Both the position numbers and the translations under genes were made by a program. Positions 18,641-27,368 of a stretch of 64,000 nucleotides of DNA are shown one piece after another (the first letter of the stretch is position 1; each line of letters starts with the position of its first letter). The notes beneath the pieces were generated by a model, which was not told the origin of the DNA, made no database searches, and was given only the letters and a program-made list of their open reading frames with translations. Source of the DNA: an uncultured Gammaproteobacteria bacterium (lineage in GTDB: Bacteria; Patescibacteriota; Microgenomatia; Daviesbacterales; UBA10151); assembly GCA_964394855.1 (NCBI GenBank), contig CAYMZD010000001.1, forward strand, positions 120,107 to 184,106. Direction: 5' to 3'.

Positions 18641-19251
18641 TTTCGCCTCCCATCAACCACCAAACCCAACTCTCCTCCGGATATTTCAATAAAATCTTGC
18701 TTTTTCCCGGAAATTTTGGCATTTTCTGATTTGAAGTTAATATGACACCTCTCTTTCACACAGGGAATAATTGTCAGTGAATTTTCCTTAATCAAATAAT
18801 TTCTACCTTCCACACTCAGTTGAAGAAAGTTTTTTCCACCAGGTGTAGAAACGCTAAATTGAGGATTGATAATTGAACCTACTATAAGTTGCTTACCATT
18901 TTCCAACAAAATTACCCTGGTAATATCTTTTGGCTTGAATGCATCAATATATGCCCAAACAATTCTGGGAAGGGAAGAAAACCTACCAATAAAATTTTTA
19001 GGAATCAAAATTCTGCCTTTTTTTTCATCAAAAAAACGATGATCTCTTTTGAGAACCTCACGCAAAATTGCCAAATCCGCCTCCGCATCAAAATCTGTCA
19101 CTGGTGCAGATTGAGGATATAAAATTTTATTGGCTAGATAATTTTCCAAATAATATGGCGGTGGGGTTGATTTTAACCAGGTGGCAAAATCCTCGATGGG
19201 AATTTGATCAAGATCTTTAAATTCTTCAAAAACTCCACCAATCTTGGACAT
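18637..19251 (-). CDS. Hypothetical protein, translationally coupled to the downstream gene
   Basis: 204-aa ORF ending GGELGLVVDGR, overlapping the start of 17498-18640. Confidence 0.6.
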   Translation of the reverse strand: MSKIGGVFEEFKDLDQIPIEDFATWLKSTPPPYYLENYLANKILYPQSAPVTDFDAEADLAILREVLKRDHRFFDEKKGRILIPKNFIGRFSSLPRIVWAYIDAFKPKDITRVILLENGKQLIVGSIINPQFSVSTPGGKNFLQLSVEGRNYLIKENSLTIIPCVKERCHINFKSENAKISGKKQDFIEISGGELGLVVDGRRK

Positions 19252-19268
19252 GTATAAGATAAAGTGTA

Positions 19269-19487
19269 CTACACCTCTAGAGTGAACGGAAGTAGGGCCA
19301 GATGACGAGCATGCTTAATTTCTCTTGCCAGCGCTCTTTGGTGTTTACTGCACACCCCTGACCTAAGTTTGGGCACAATTTTTCCTCTGGTGGAAACAAA
19401 ACGACGCAAAGTCACTGCATCAGTATAAATAGGTTTAACTTTGTTGTCACAAAAATGGCAACTTTTGCTTTTAGTGCTTTCAGCCAT
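19269..19487 (-). CDS. rpsR: 30S ribosomal protein S18
   Basis: CHFC, RGKIVP, HQR, ARHLALLPF; rpsF-ssb-rpsR order. Confidence 0.96.
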   Translation of the reverse strand: MAESTKSKSCHFCDNKVKPIYTDAVTLRRFVSTRGKIVPKLRSGVCSKHQRALAREIKHARHLALLPFTLEV

Positions 19488-19502
19488 AGCAATAATTATA
19501 AC

Positions 19503-19970
19503 TTAAAATGGTATATCGTCATCGCCTACAACCTCTTCGTTTTTTTTCTTTGATTTATCTGATGCTTCTGTTGCTACTGGTTCTGCCATGGGTTCAATAA
19601 TACCCTCCTCCATGGGAGTGACCACTTCACCATTACCTTTGGGAGTTAAAATAATCATATCCTCCATCACAATTTCAGTCACCTGGCGAGTTTGACCATC
19701 TTGACCTTCCCAGGATCTGGTTTGAAGTCTCCCAGAGATAAAAACCCGCATTCCTTTTTTAAGCAGTTGATGACAAAGCTCTGCCAGCTTATTCCAAGCC
19801 ACCAGCCTGTGAAAATCTACCTCTTCTTTTTTCTCGCCTTCAGAAACAAAGGTGCGGTTGGTGGCCAGACCAACAGTACAAACTGCAGCTCCATTAGGAG
19901 TGTAACGAAGTTCAGGATCTCTTGTTAAATTACCAATTAGCTCAACTCTATTCCAACTTCGACTTGCCAT
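19503..19970 (-). CDS. ssb: Single-stranded DNA-binding protein
   Basis: LIGNLTRDPELRYT; C-terminal DDIPF. Confidence 0.97.
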   Translation of the reverse strand: MASRSWNRVELIGNLTRDPELRYTPNGAAVCTVGLATNRTFVSEGEKKEEVDFHRLVAWNKLAELCHQLLKKGMRVFISGRLQTRSWEGQDGQTRQVTEIVMEDMIILTPKGNGEVVTPMEEGIIEPMAEPVATEASDKSKKKNEEVVGDDDIPF

Positions 19971-20252
19971 TTATTTCCTTACCAGTAAATAACGTATAAT
20001 ATCTTCCTCTACTTTTAAACTTTTGTCAAGATCTTTGACCGTCTTTGGCTCTCCCTCCAGTTCAAAATGGACGTAATAACCTTTGGTTTGTTTTTGAATG
20101 GGATAAGCCAGCTCCCTTACTCCCCACAAATCTTCCTTGACCAGCTTACCACCATCTCCGGTGGCTTTTGCCTTGACATTTTCCAAAAGCTTCTGACGAG
20201 CTTCATCGTTTAAATCTGGCTTTAAAACTAAAGTTAAATAATAACTACTCAC
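19971..20252 (-). CDS. rpsF: 30S ribosomal protein S6
   Basis: WGVRELAYPI, GYY, IIRYL. Confidence 0.95.
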   Translation of the reverse strand: MSSYYLTLVLKPDLNDEARQKLLENVKAKATGDGGKLVKEDLWGVRELAYPIQKQTKGYYVHFELEGEPKTVKDLDKSLKVEEDIIRYLLVRK

Positions 20253-20289
20253 AGGCTATAATTTTATCAAGAAGGTATTATAAATTCAA

Positions 20290-21003
20290 TTAGGGAATAT
20301 TAACCACAGTTTGACAACTAGAAAGGCCTTCATATAGAAGAACTGTATCCGTGCCTAAACCACCGTCACAATAATCCTCTCCTGCCCCTGGACCACCAAA
20401 CTCTGGTCCTCCAAATAATGTATCGCTACCATTCTCGCCATAAAGATAATCTCTATCAATAGTTGCAGGATCAAAATCAGCAGCACCACCCGTCAAAATA
20501 TCATCTCCATTTCCCCCGAAAAGTGTATCAAGACCTTCATTCCCATCTAAATTATCATTATTATTCCCACCATAGAGTGTATCATTACCACCTCGACCAT
20601 ACAAGCTATCATTACCAATCTCTCCGTACAAGATATCATTACCATCTCCTCCGAGTAAAGTATCATCATCGTTTCCACCATACATGATATCACTGCCCGG
20701 CTCACCCATCATACTGACGAGCCCGTCTTTTCCATCCCCACCATATAGAGTATCATTACCTACCCCCCCACAAATTAAATCATCACCTTTGCCTCCCCAA
20801 ATAATATCATTTCCACCCAAACCCGCAATTATATCATTACCATCTGTGCCTACTATAACATCATCTCCCTCAGTTCCCACTATGGTGGCTACCTGACCTA
20901 CACAAGTAACTGCTGAAGCCCTAACCCGATCAGATGAACCTGCGACCACCAATACCACCCCTACCACTATTATAATTGCCAAAAATACTATAATTCTTCC
21001 CAT
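20290..21003 (-). CDS. Secreted hemolysin-type (RTX) calcium-binding repeat protein
   Basis: N-terminal signal/TM; many GGxGxDxL nonapeptides. Confidence 0.88.
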   Translation of the reverse strand: MGRIIVFLAIIIVVGVVLVVAGSSDRVRASAVTCVGQVATIVGTEGDDVIVGTDGNDIIAGLGGNDIIWGGKGDDLICGGVGNDTLYGGDGKDGLVSMMGEPGSDIMYGGNDDDTLLGGDGNDILYGEIGNDSLYGRGGNDTLYGGNNNDNLDGNEGLDTLFGGNGDDILTGGAADFDPATIDRDYLYGENGSDTLFGGPEFGGPGAGEDYCDGGLGTDTVLLYEGLSSCQTVVNIP

Positions 21004-21096
21004 ATAATTTTCTCTATAAGATTAACGTACACTTTTTAACACAACTTGTCAAGACCCAAACTTGCAAATTCAAAAGAAAAATAATAGTATATCTTT

Positions 21097-21408
21097 ATGC
21101 TTGAGATAGGAGAACAACCTCACCACGTTGAATCTGGCACAACCAGCAAACACCCCCTAGGGGAGGCTCTTGGAAGATTAATAAGATATGGCTTTGATGC
21201 GGGGGTTTTCTTTTTTTGTACCACATTAACTATCAGTATTATGGCAGGATCTTTAGGTGCAGGTTTTATAACCTGGAAGATGATTGAAAGCGGAAATCAT
21301 CTATTGGCTGTACCATTTGCCCTGGCAACTGCCGCCGGTGGATGGGCCTCATTGGTATTCTCCCACGGCACAGTACAATACCTAGGAGAACATCTAACTT
21401 TTAGTTAA
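21097..21408 (+). CDS. Hypothetical membrane protein
   Basis: Two hydrophobic segments; promoter-like TTGCAA...TAGTAT just upstream. Confidence 0.5.
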   Translation: MLEIGEQPHHVESGTTSKHPLGEALGRLIRYGFDAGVFFFCTTLTISIMAGSLGAGFITWKMIESGNHLLAVPFALATAAGGWASLVFSHGTVQYLGEHLTFS

Positions 21409-21421
21409 TTGGGCAAAGAAG

Positions 21422-22363
21422 TTAATTACTCACTAAAAATTCAATCACATCCCCATCTTGAACAATGTAATCCTTGCCTTCCGTCCTAATCCAACCCTTT
21501 TTCTTAGCTTCCCCATATGATCCTGCTTCAATCAACTTTTCATATTCTATCACTTGAGCTCTGATAAAATTTTTCATAAAATCAGTATGTATAACGCCGG
21601 AGGCCATTTGGGCATTTGTTCCGGACTTAATAGTCCAGGCACGAACCTCTTTTGGCCCGGCTGTTAAAAAGGAAATTAAACCAAGCAGTTTATATGCAAC
21701 CTTAATTAACCTTTCCAAACCTGTTTGCTCCAAACCCACTGATTTTAAGTACTCAATCCTTTCTTCTTCAGATAAATCCACCAGATCTTCTTCCAGTTTG
21801 GCACATATGACTATCTCACTACCTGTAATCATTTTTTCTCGATCGAGAAATTTTGATTTATATTCTTTTTCACCCACATTGTATACATAAAGCACAGGCT
21901 TCGTGGATAATTTATCATCCACCTTGTCAATATCAGCCAAAGCTAGTTCTGTTTCCACCAGCTCTTTATCTTCTTGGGGATTTACTGAACCACCAGCTCT
22001 AACTACATTTTCATCAGCAAAATCCCTTAACACATGAATTATGGCATCAACTTCTCTAATATGAGACAAGAACTGGTTTCCCAATCCTTCTCCCTTGTGG
22101 GCTCCTTTAACTAAACCGGCAATATCCACAAACTGAACGGTAGCCGGTATTACCGGTGGTAAATGATCCATCTTTTCTTCATTTTTTACTAACTCCCCCA
22201 ATTTCCCCAATCTTTCATCTGGTACAGCAACAACACCAATGTTTGGTTCAACCGTGGCAAAAGGATAATTAGCAGACAAAGCTACTCTTTTTTTCAAAAG
22301 TGCATTAAAAAGTGTAGACTTGCCCACATTAGGAAGGCCCACTATCCCAACTTTTAAACTCAT
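21422..22363 (-). CDS. ychF: Redox-regulated ATPase YchF (shortened)
   Basis: GLPNVGKSTLFN, DIAGLV, GEGLGNQFL, TGS domain IHTDF...DGDV. Confidence 0.95.
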   Translation of the reverse strand: MSLKVGIVGLPNVGKSTLFNALLKKRVALSANYPFATVEPNIGVVAVPDERLGKLGELVKNEEKMDHLPPVIPATVQFVDIAGLVKGAHKGEGLGNQFLSHIREVDAIIHVLRDFADENVVRAGGSVNPQEDKELVETELALADIDKVDDKLSTKPVLYVYNVGEKEYKSKFLDREKMITGSEIVICAKLEEDLVDLSEEERIEYLKSVGLEQTGLERLIKVAYKLLGLISFLTAGPKEVRAWTIKSGTNAQMASGVIHTDFMKNFIRAQVIEYEKLIEAGSYGEAKKKGWIRTEGKDYIVQDGDVIEFLVSN

Positions 22364-22384
22364 GGGGATATGATAACAGAAATC

Positions 22385-22837
22385 TTAATTTAAGAGCACT
22401 ATGGATAAGTTTAAAATGGAAGCAAAGCTAACCCAGGCAAGATATGGAATCAAAAGATAAGATGCGGGTTTTGAGATCGGATAAAAAGCTTTGATTGTCA
22501 AAACAATTGCTATCCATAAAGCCACAATATCTACCAAAGCAAGGCTAGGATTTTGCAAGCCAAAAAATATGATTGACCAAACTGCATTTAAAATCAGCTG
22601 TGTCCAAAAAACAGTAGGAACTTTATTTTTTATCCAAACAAGATATAAAGAAATCCCCATTAAAATATAAAGAGTTGTCCAAACAGGTCCAAAAATCCAA
22701 TTTGGAGGGGAAAAGAAAGGTTTGTTTAAGGTAACATACCAAGTTGGAATTGAGGAGAATGTAAAGATTGACCCCACTCCTCCTGCCCCTAAACAAACTC
22801 CAACAGCTAAAATCAGTTTTGGAATATTAATAGGCAT
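22385..22837 (-). CDS. tspO: TspO/MBR family protein
   Basis: WY..LNKP.FSPPNWIFGPVWT.LY, PYLAWV.FA. Confidence 0.93.
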   Translation of the reverse strand: MPINIPKLILAVGVCLGAGGVGSIFTFSSIPTWYVTLNKPFFSPPNWIFGPVWTTLYILMGISLYLVWIKNKVPTVFWTQLILNAVWSIIFFGLQNPSLALVDIVALWIAIVLTIKAFYPISKPASYLLIPYLAWVSFASILNLSIVLLN

Positions 22838-22905
22838 TATTTACAGTATACCAGAATCTACCCCCCTCCAAAAACTCTAAATTTTAGGACTTTCTATGTG
22901 GTGAG

Positions 22906-23127
22906 TCACTTTGACAAGCTCAGTGTAAACTCTGTTGAACCAGACTTTTGGGGATAATAGTAAACTGCTGCGCCTTTTCTTTCTTTTCTAATAAACCCTC
23001 TTTTAATTAAGGTATTTCTTAAACTGGCAGTGTGGGGAATATTTAATAATTTGTTTAGTTTAGATGGTCTTATCCCAGGATTTTCCTTGATTATGGAAAG
23101 CATCTTTACCAGCAATTCTTCATTCAT
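22906..23127 (-). CDS. Small winged-helix DNA-binding protein
   Basis: IKENPGIRPSKL...LIKRGFI..ERKG..VYYY. Confidence 0.6.
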   Translation of the reverse strand: MNEELLVKMLSIIKENPGIRPSKLNKLLNIPHTASLRNTLIKRGFIRKERKGAAVYYYPQKSGSTEFTLSLSK

Positions 23128-23130
23128 AAT

Positions 23131-23457
23131 TTATGGAATATCATCTTTCGTGGCATCAGTTGTAATCATCTCACCTTTTTTAATGTCGCGGATTGCGACA
23201 TCTGCTTGAATAACATGGTCTGGATTTGTATTCGGATCTCCTGAATGATTAACATATCTTTCCGGTTCTGAGTAAAGATCAATTTGACCACGGTGGATGT
23301 GAGTAAACATCTTTTCGCTTTCAGGTAATTTTTTATAATCTTCTTCTGTTAGGGGTTTAAGGTGATATTTAATAACAACCTCGCCCTTATTAAAATCTCT
23401 ACCTGCATAAACTCCCCTTCCAGCTAAGTTACCTTTACCAATGATTAAGTCACTCAT
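23131..23457 (-). CDS. SET-domain protein
   Basis: GRGVYA.RDF.KGE, RYVNHS.DPN, AIRDIKKGE.IT. Confidence 0.85.
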   Translation of the reverse strand: MSDLIIGKGNLAGRGVYAGRDFNKGEVVIKYHLKPLTEEDYKKLPESEKMFTHIHRGQIDLYSEPERYVNHSGDPNTNPDHVIQADVAIRDIKKGEMITTDATKDDIP

Positions 23458-23717
23458 AAGCAAATTATACCCCTTTTTTTGTGGGTAATTTCCAGATTAA
23501 GAAATGATCTAGTTCCCAATATTAGGAAAATAATAAATAAAGGTGTATCAAATAGTTTTGCAATAAAGGCAAAAAAGAATAGCAACCCTAAGTAAATTAT
23601 AGAAGGAAGCTTTTCAGATATAAATCTATATATGCATATTTCCACTGCCTTTTTAAGGGTTATAGATCCAGCCATTTTCACAGATTTATTAATGTTAGTA
23701 TATTCGATGTTTCTCAT
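23454..23717 (-). CDS. Hypothetical membrane protein, possibly a chimeric remnant
   Basis: 87-aa ORF overlapping the SET start; hydrophobic C-terminal half. Confidence 0.3.
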   Translation of the reverse strand: MRNIEYTNINKSVKMAGSITLKKAVEICIYRFISEKLPSIIYLGLLFFFAFIAKLFDTPLFIIFLILGTRSFLNLEITHKKRGIICL

Positions 23718-23769
23718 AACAAAATGTTAGAAAACAAAAGTATTTAAAGGCAATGGGTATTTTTCCATT

Positions 23770-23794
23770 AAAAAAGCCCAGCTTCCGCTGGGCT
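23770..23794 (-). terminator. Intrinsic terminator
   Basis: AGCCCAGC-TTCC-GCTGGGCT stem with A run on the + side (U tail on the minus strand). Confidence 0.7.
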
Positions 23795-23971
23795 AAAATT
23801 GCCCTAATATAGTTATTATATCATATTAGAAACTAATTGTAGGGGTGGATTAGATAGGACACCTAGGGATTTTGGCTCACATGGCTCATGGCTCACACAC
23901 CAGGTGTGTGCGGAATAGACACATCGGGATTTTTATCTCATTAAATCAAACTTTTGGGAGAAAACTACCAG

Positions 23972-24253
23972 TTACTCAACTAAAATATTACCCACCATTG
24001 AATCTGCATGGGCACTGCAGTGATAAGGGTATATCCCGTTCCTTTCAAAAACTATTGAATAACTTTCCCCTTTTTTCAAAGCTTTAGAATTTTGGGCAAT
24101 GTAGTAAGTATGCGCCGGATGCGAATCTGTATTTATATAATGCTCTACCCCATCATCATTAATCCATGTCACTTTGGTCCCTTTACTAATTTTGATATTT
24201 TGGGGATCAAACCTAATTTGGGACAACTTTATTTTCTTTCTTTTGTCATCCAT
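23972..24253 (-). pseudogene. Cupredoxin (plastocyanin-like) domain, probably 5'-truncated
   Basis: FDPQNIKI.KGTKVTW.N.D...H, YPYHCSAH...M.G Cu ligands; no signal peptide; start lies inside the GNAT gene. Confidence 0.65.
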
Positions 24254-24654
24254 CTGTATAAATTGCCCTTTTCATAACCCTGATGCTCATAATATTCATG
24301 AAGTCCTGGATTTTCTTCCTCCACCAAAATATTCAGTTCTGTATAACCTCTCCTAAACAATTCTCTTTCTGCTCCCTCCATTAAAGCTCTACCTATTCCT
24401 CTATTTCTGTATTCTGGATTAACAGCCAGTCTAAAAATAAAAGCCATACTGCCATCTTCCAATAACCGCACTGTTCCAACTATCCTCTCGGCTTCAGTAG
24501 CTACAAGAATAGATCTTGGGTCTTTAGAAATTTTTTCTGATAATCTTTCTGGAGAATCAAAAGGTTCGTAATATAATCCACCATCCGCAAGTAGCTGTTT
24601 TACTGATTCATAGTCAGTTATTGTATAGCTCCTAATATTATTCTGATTTTGCAT
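24229..24654 (-). CDS. GNAT family N-acetyltransferase
   Basis: LAVNPEYRNRGIGRAL, YYEHQGY. Confidence 0.9.
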   Translation of the reverse strand: MQNQNNIRSYTITDYESVKQLLADGGLYYEPFDSPERLSEKISKDPRSILVATEAERIVGTVRLLEDGSMAFIFRLAVNPEYRNRGIGRALMEGAERELFRRGYTELNILVEEENPGLHEYYEHQGYEKGNLYRWMTKERK

Positions 24655-24691
24655 ATGGCTGATTATAGCATTTTGAGGCTAGGACAACAAT

Positions 24692-25405
24692 TCAAAGAGG
24701 GGTATCCGGACGCAGAATTTTGACAACACGAGGCTCTATCGGCTTTGCAGGAGGGTGGGAAAAAACTCGAAGAACCGAAATTCTTCTTCTCTTGCACGCT
24801 GCAATATACCCCCACTCAACAAGTGGTTCGGACGAACAATAATCTAGAAACTTTTCCCACTCTTCCTGCTTTAGCAAATGAAATCCCCAATAATGGAAAG
24901 ATGCGCCAGAATTTAAAACAAAGCCTGGACTCCAGCTGCTCATCAATTTAGAAATATCATCCAATTTTTCCTCAGTTGGCTCACATCCAAAATCAAGCAT
25001 TGGTATGTGTGCATACGTTCCATCAGTCAGTTTAATTCGCGAGACTATCCCCATTGCGTAAAAAGGTTTGTATCTTTCAAATCCATCCAAAAGCTTGTCG
25101 ATTTCATCTAGAGGTGGATTAGAAGTTATATGATCTGCCATTTTCCGAAGAAACTTCCCTGTTATGGGCTTTGGCAACTCTTTAACTTCTTGAAAATCAA
25201 TATCTTCCTCAGAAGTCCTGTCAACATTATAAACACCATAAAATAGCTGCTCTATTTCCGGAAATGCTGTCAGAATCTCGAGTAAGATATCCACTGCGGT
25301 GGAACCAATACCAACTCTTTCTGGAACTTTGTATTCTCGCCCTAATTCTGAAAAAGAAAGTTGTGTGGCAACTTGTAGTGGACTTTCTTTACTAACCCCA
25401 GACAT
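24692..25405 (-). CDS. Putative archaeo-eukaryotic primase (primase-1D-like) domain protein
   Basis: HIPMLDF (motif I-like), SGASFH (motif II-like), WEKFL, LR; start MSGVSKES inferred from an upstream -10 box. Confidence 0.55.
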   Translation of the reverse strand: MSGVSKESPLQVATQLSFSELGREYKVPERVGIGSTAVDILLEILTAFPEIEQLFYGVYNVDRTSEEDIDFQEVKELPKPITGKFLRKMADHITSNPPLDEIDKLLDGFERYKPFYAMGIVSRIKLTDGTYAHIPMLDFGCEPTEEKLDDISKLMSSWSPGFVLNSGASFHYWGFHLLKQEEWEKFLDYCSSEPLVEWGYIAACKRRRISVLRVFSHPPAKPIEPRVVKILRPDTPL

Positions 25406-25453
25406 ATATTGCATATTATCATATGGGCACATTAAAAATCCCAAGTCAATTAC

Positions 25454-26485
25454 TTATTCACCTTTTAGAAACTTGTCAAAAAAGGAAACGGAGCGGGACA
25501 TGGCAGTTGAAAAATTACCTGACAAGTTATGGTCATCGCCCTCATAGGTATAAAGCTTAACTTCTTTTCCCACCTTTTTCATCTGTTCTAGGAGCTTTTG
25601 GGAAAAAGCCACCGGCACAGAGCTGTCCCCTGTCCCGTGGTGAAGCTGCAATGGTCCTGAAATATCAGATAAATAGGAATTAGCAGAAAGGGAATTCCAA
25701 AACTGCGGGTTTTGACCTGGCTCGCCAAATTGCTCAACCAAACTTTGTCTCCAACTACTTCTGACTCCCGGAGGTGGGGTAAAGCTTCTTCTTCGCCAAT
25801 TGTAAAAAAGGTCTTCATATGAGGCCACCACCCCTGCCCAAATCACACCTGCCTTGACATCTTTGGAAATAACCATGATCCGAAGTGTCAAAAATCCGCC
25901 CAAAGAATGCCCCCACATACCGACTTTTTGCGGATTAACACCTGCATATTTTTTAATTGAAGAGACTGCATTTAAAACATCAATTGTATATCCGTTTGAA
26001 CCATATGCTCCTGCGGGTTGACCCTCGGAATTTCCATGTCCGCGGTAATCGGGTTTAAAAACTACATATCCGCTCCTGGCAAAACCGTCAACGTAAGAAA
26101 CATACCGCTCAATGGTTTTATATTCTGTGGGTGGAATGTAACCATGATTAAAAATAATGGCCGGGAAGCCGCCCTCCGGCAAAGTAGCATTGGGAACAGT
26201 CAACAAAGCATAAATTTTTAGTCCTTCTGATTTATATGAGGCAATATAGCGTTTGTAATTTGTGCCACTGTCCAAAGTCTCTTCAATGACAATATCGGAG
26301 GCTGGATATTGACCTTTTCGAAGTGATTCTATGGAAAGTGAGTGTGGCTCACTAGTTAGCTCTCCCTCGCCTCCGGGCAGATTAAACTGCTGTATCGGCG
26401 CTTTGCTAAAAAACCCGTTTTTACCTGCCAAAATGCCCGCACCCAATAAAATGATAATAAAAAATAGAACAAGGGGTTTCTTCAT
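25454..26485 (-). CDS. Secreted alpha/beta hydrolase (S9 peptidase-like)
   Basis: NHGY, DYRGHGNS, GHSLGG, HGTGD.SVP, DDH. Confidence 0.9.
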   Translation of the reverse strand: MKKPLVLFFIIILLGAGILAGKNGFFSKAPIQQFNLPGGEGELTSEPHSLSIESLRKGQYPASDIVIEETLDSGTNYKRYIASYKSEGLKIYALLTVPNATLPEGGFPAIIFNHGYIPPTEYKTIERYVSYVDGFARSGYVVFKPDYRGHGNSEGQPAGAYGSNGYTIDVLNAVSSIKKYAGVNPQKVGMWGHSLGGFLTLRIMVISKDVKAGVIWAGVVASYEDLFYNWRRRSFTPPPGVRSSWRQSLVEQFGEPGQNPQFWNSLSANSYLSDISGPLQLHHGTGDSSVPVAFSQKLLEQMKKVGKEVKLYTYEGDDHNLSGNFSTAMSRSVSFFDKFLKGE

Positions 26486-26510
26486 TTTCTGTTATTGCCA
26501 GAAGTATATA

Positions 26511-27287
26511 TTAGTCGGCGTAAATGACAAAGGTGAATAATTTGTTCCCCAAACCAAAATCCCTTTCAAAAACTGCTACACGACCCTGTTTTTTAACTAA
26601 TTCTCCCCACTCCGAGGGATTATTAAAGTTGCCTTGACCCGGGCGTAGAAGTGTTTGACTAAGAGTTGTACTAGCGTCAAGATGAGCATAAATTAATTCC
26701 AACTCATCGTAATCATGTTGATTAGGATGCTGATTGGTTTCCGGATTACTGGTATAGTCCATACAGCTGCCTAAATTGGCATTGTCAAAATTTACGTCCT
26801 GATGGTCCAACCCCAAAGTATGACCCACCTCCTGGCACATCACCAGATTACGCCAGGGAGTAGTATTGTAGGTTGAAGTATTAAAATAAGTATCATTTAC
26901 TTTGGTCACCCCTTGCACAATGTGCAGGTTGCTATTAACCCAAATTTGCGCCAGACCCAGCCAGCCGTTATTTCCATAGTTGGAGTTGCATACTTCCACC
27001 CGGCCCGAAGTTGCTCGGCAATTACGGGCTTTGGTGCCACCAGGCACAATTGTGGTATCCAAAACAGAAGAAAGACTCCAATCAAAAGAAGTAGTAGCAA
27101 GAATTGGGTCCCAGACCGAAGAAAGATTATCGCCTAATTTCAAATTAAAAGGATTAACAGTCCTGGCCCAATGATAACCGCCCCAGGAGTGGCTGGCAGA
27201 GGCAGTGGCAGGAAGAAAGACACTCAAAACAATTGCCGCGACAAACAAAAATAAAGCCGGAATAAGCTTGGAGCGAATATTATGCAT
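26511..27287 (-). CDS. Secreted metzincin-like protein with QExxHxxGxxH motif
   Basis: Signal peptide; CQEVGHTLGLDH followed by Met-turn SCMDY. Confidence 0.75.
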   Translation of the reverse strand: MHNIRSKLIPALFLFVAAIVLSVFLPATASASHSWGGYHWARTVNPFNLKLGDNLSSVWDPILATTSFDWSLSSVLDTTIVPGGTKARNCRATSGRVEVCNSNYGNNGWLGLAQIWVNSNLHIVQGVTKVNDTYFNTSTYNTTPWRNLVMCQEVGHTLGLDHQDVNFDNANLGSCMDYTSNPETNQHPNQHDYDELELIYAHLDASTTLSQTLLRPGQGNFNNPSEWGELVKKQGRVAVFERDFGLGNKLFTFVIYAD

Positions 27288-27368
27288 TCTTATACACTAT
27301 TACAAATTACCCTTTCGATGTCAATCCCTCGTAGAAAATTACTCTTTAGTAATATGGATGAACTTGGG

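Noticed and set aside
20290-21003. RTX toxin system
   Set aside because: Short protein made only of Ca-binding repeats with an N-terminal signal; no toxin domain or type I secretion genes
23872-24087. 71-aa plus-strand ORF (MAHMAHGSH...)
   Set aside because: Arises from the TGGCTCA repeats and is antisense to the cupredoxin; no start signals
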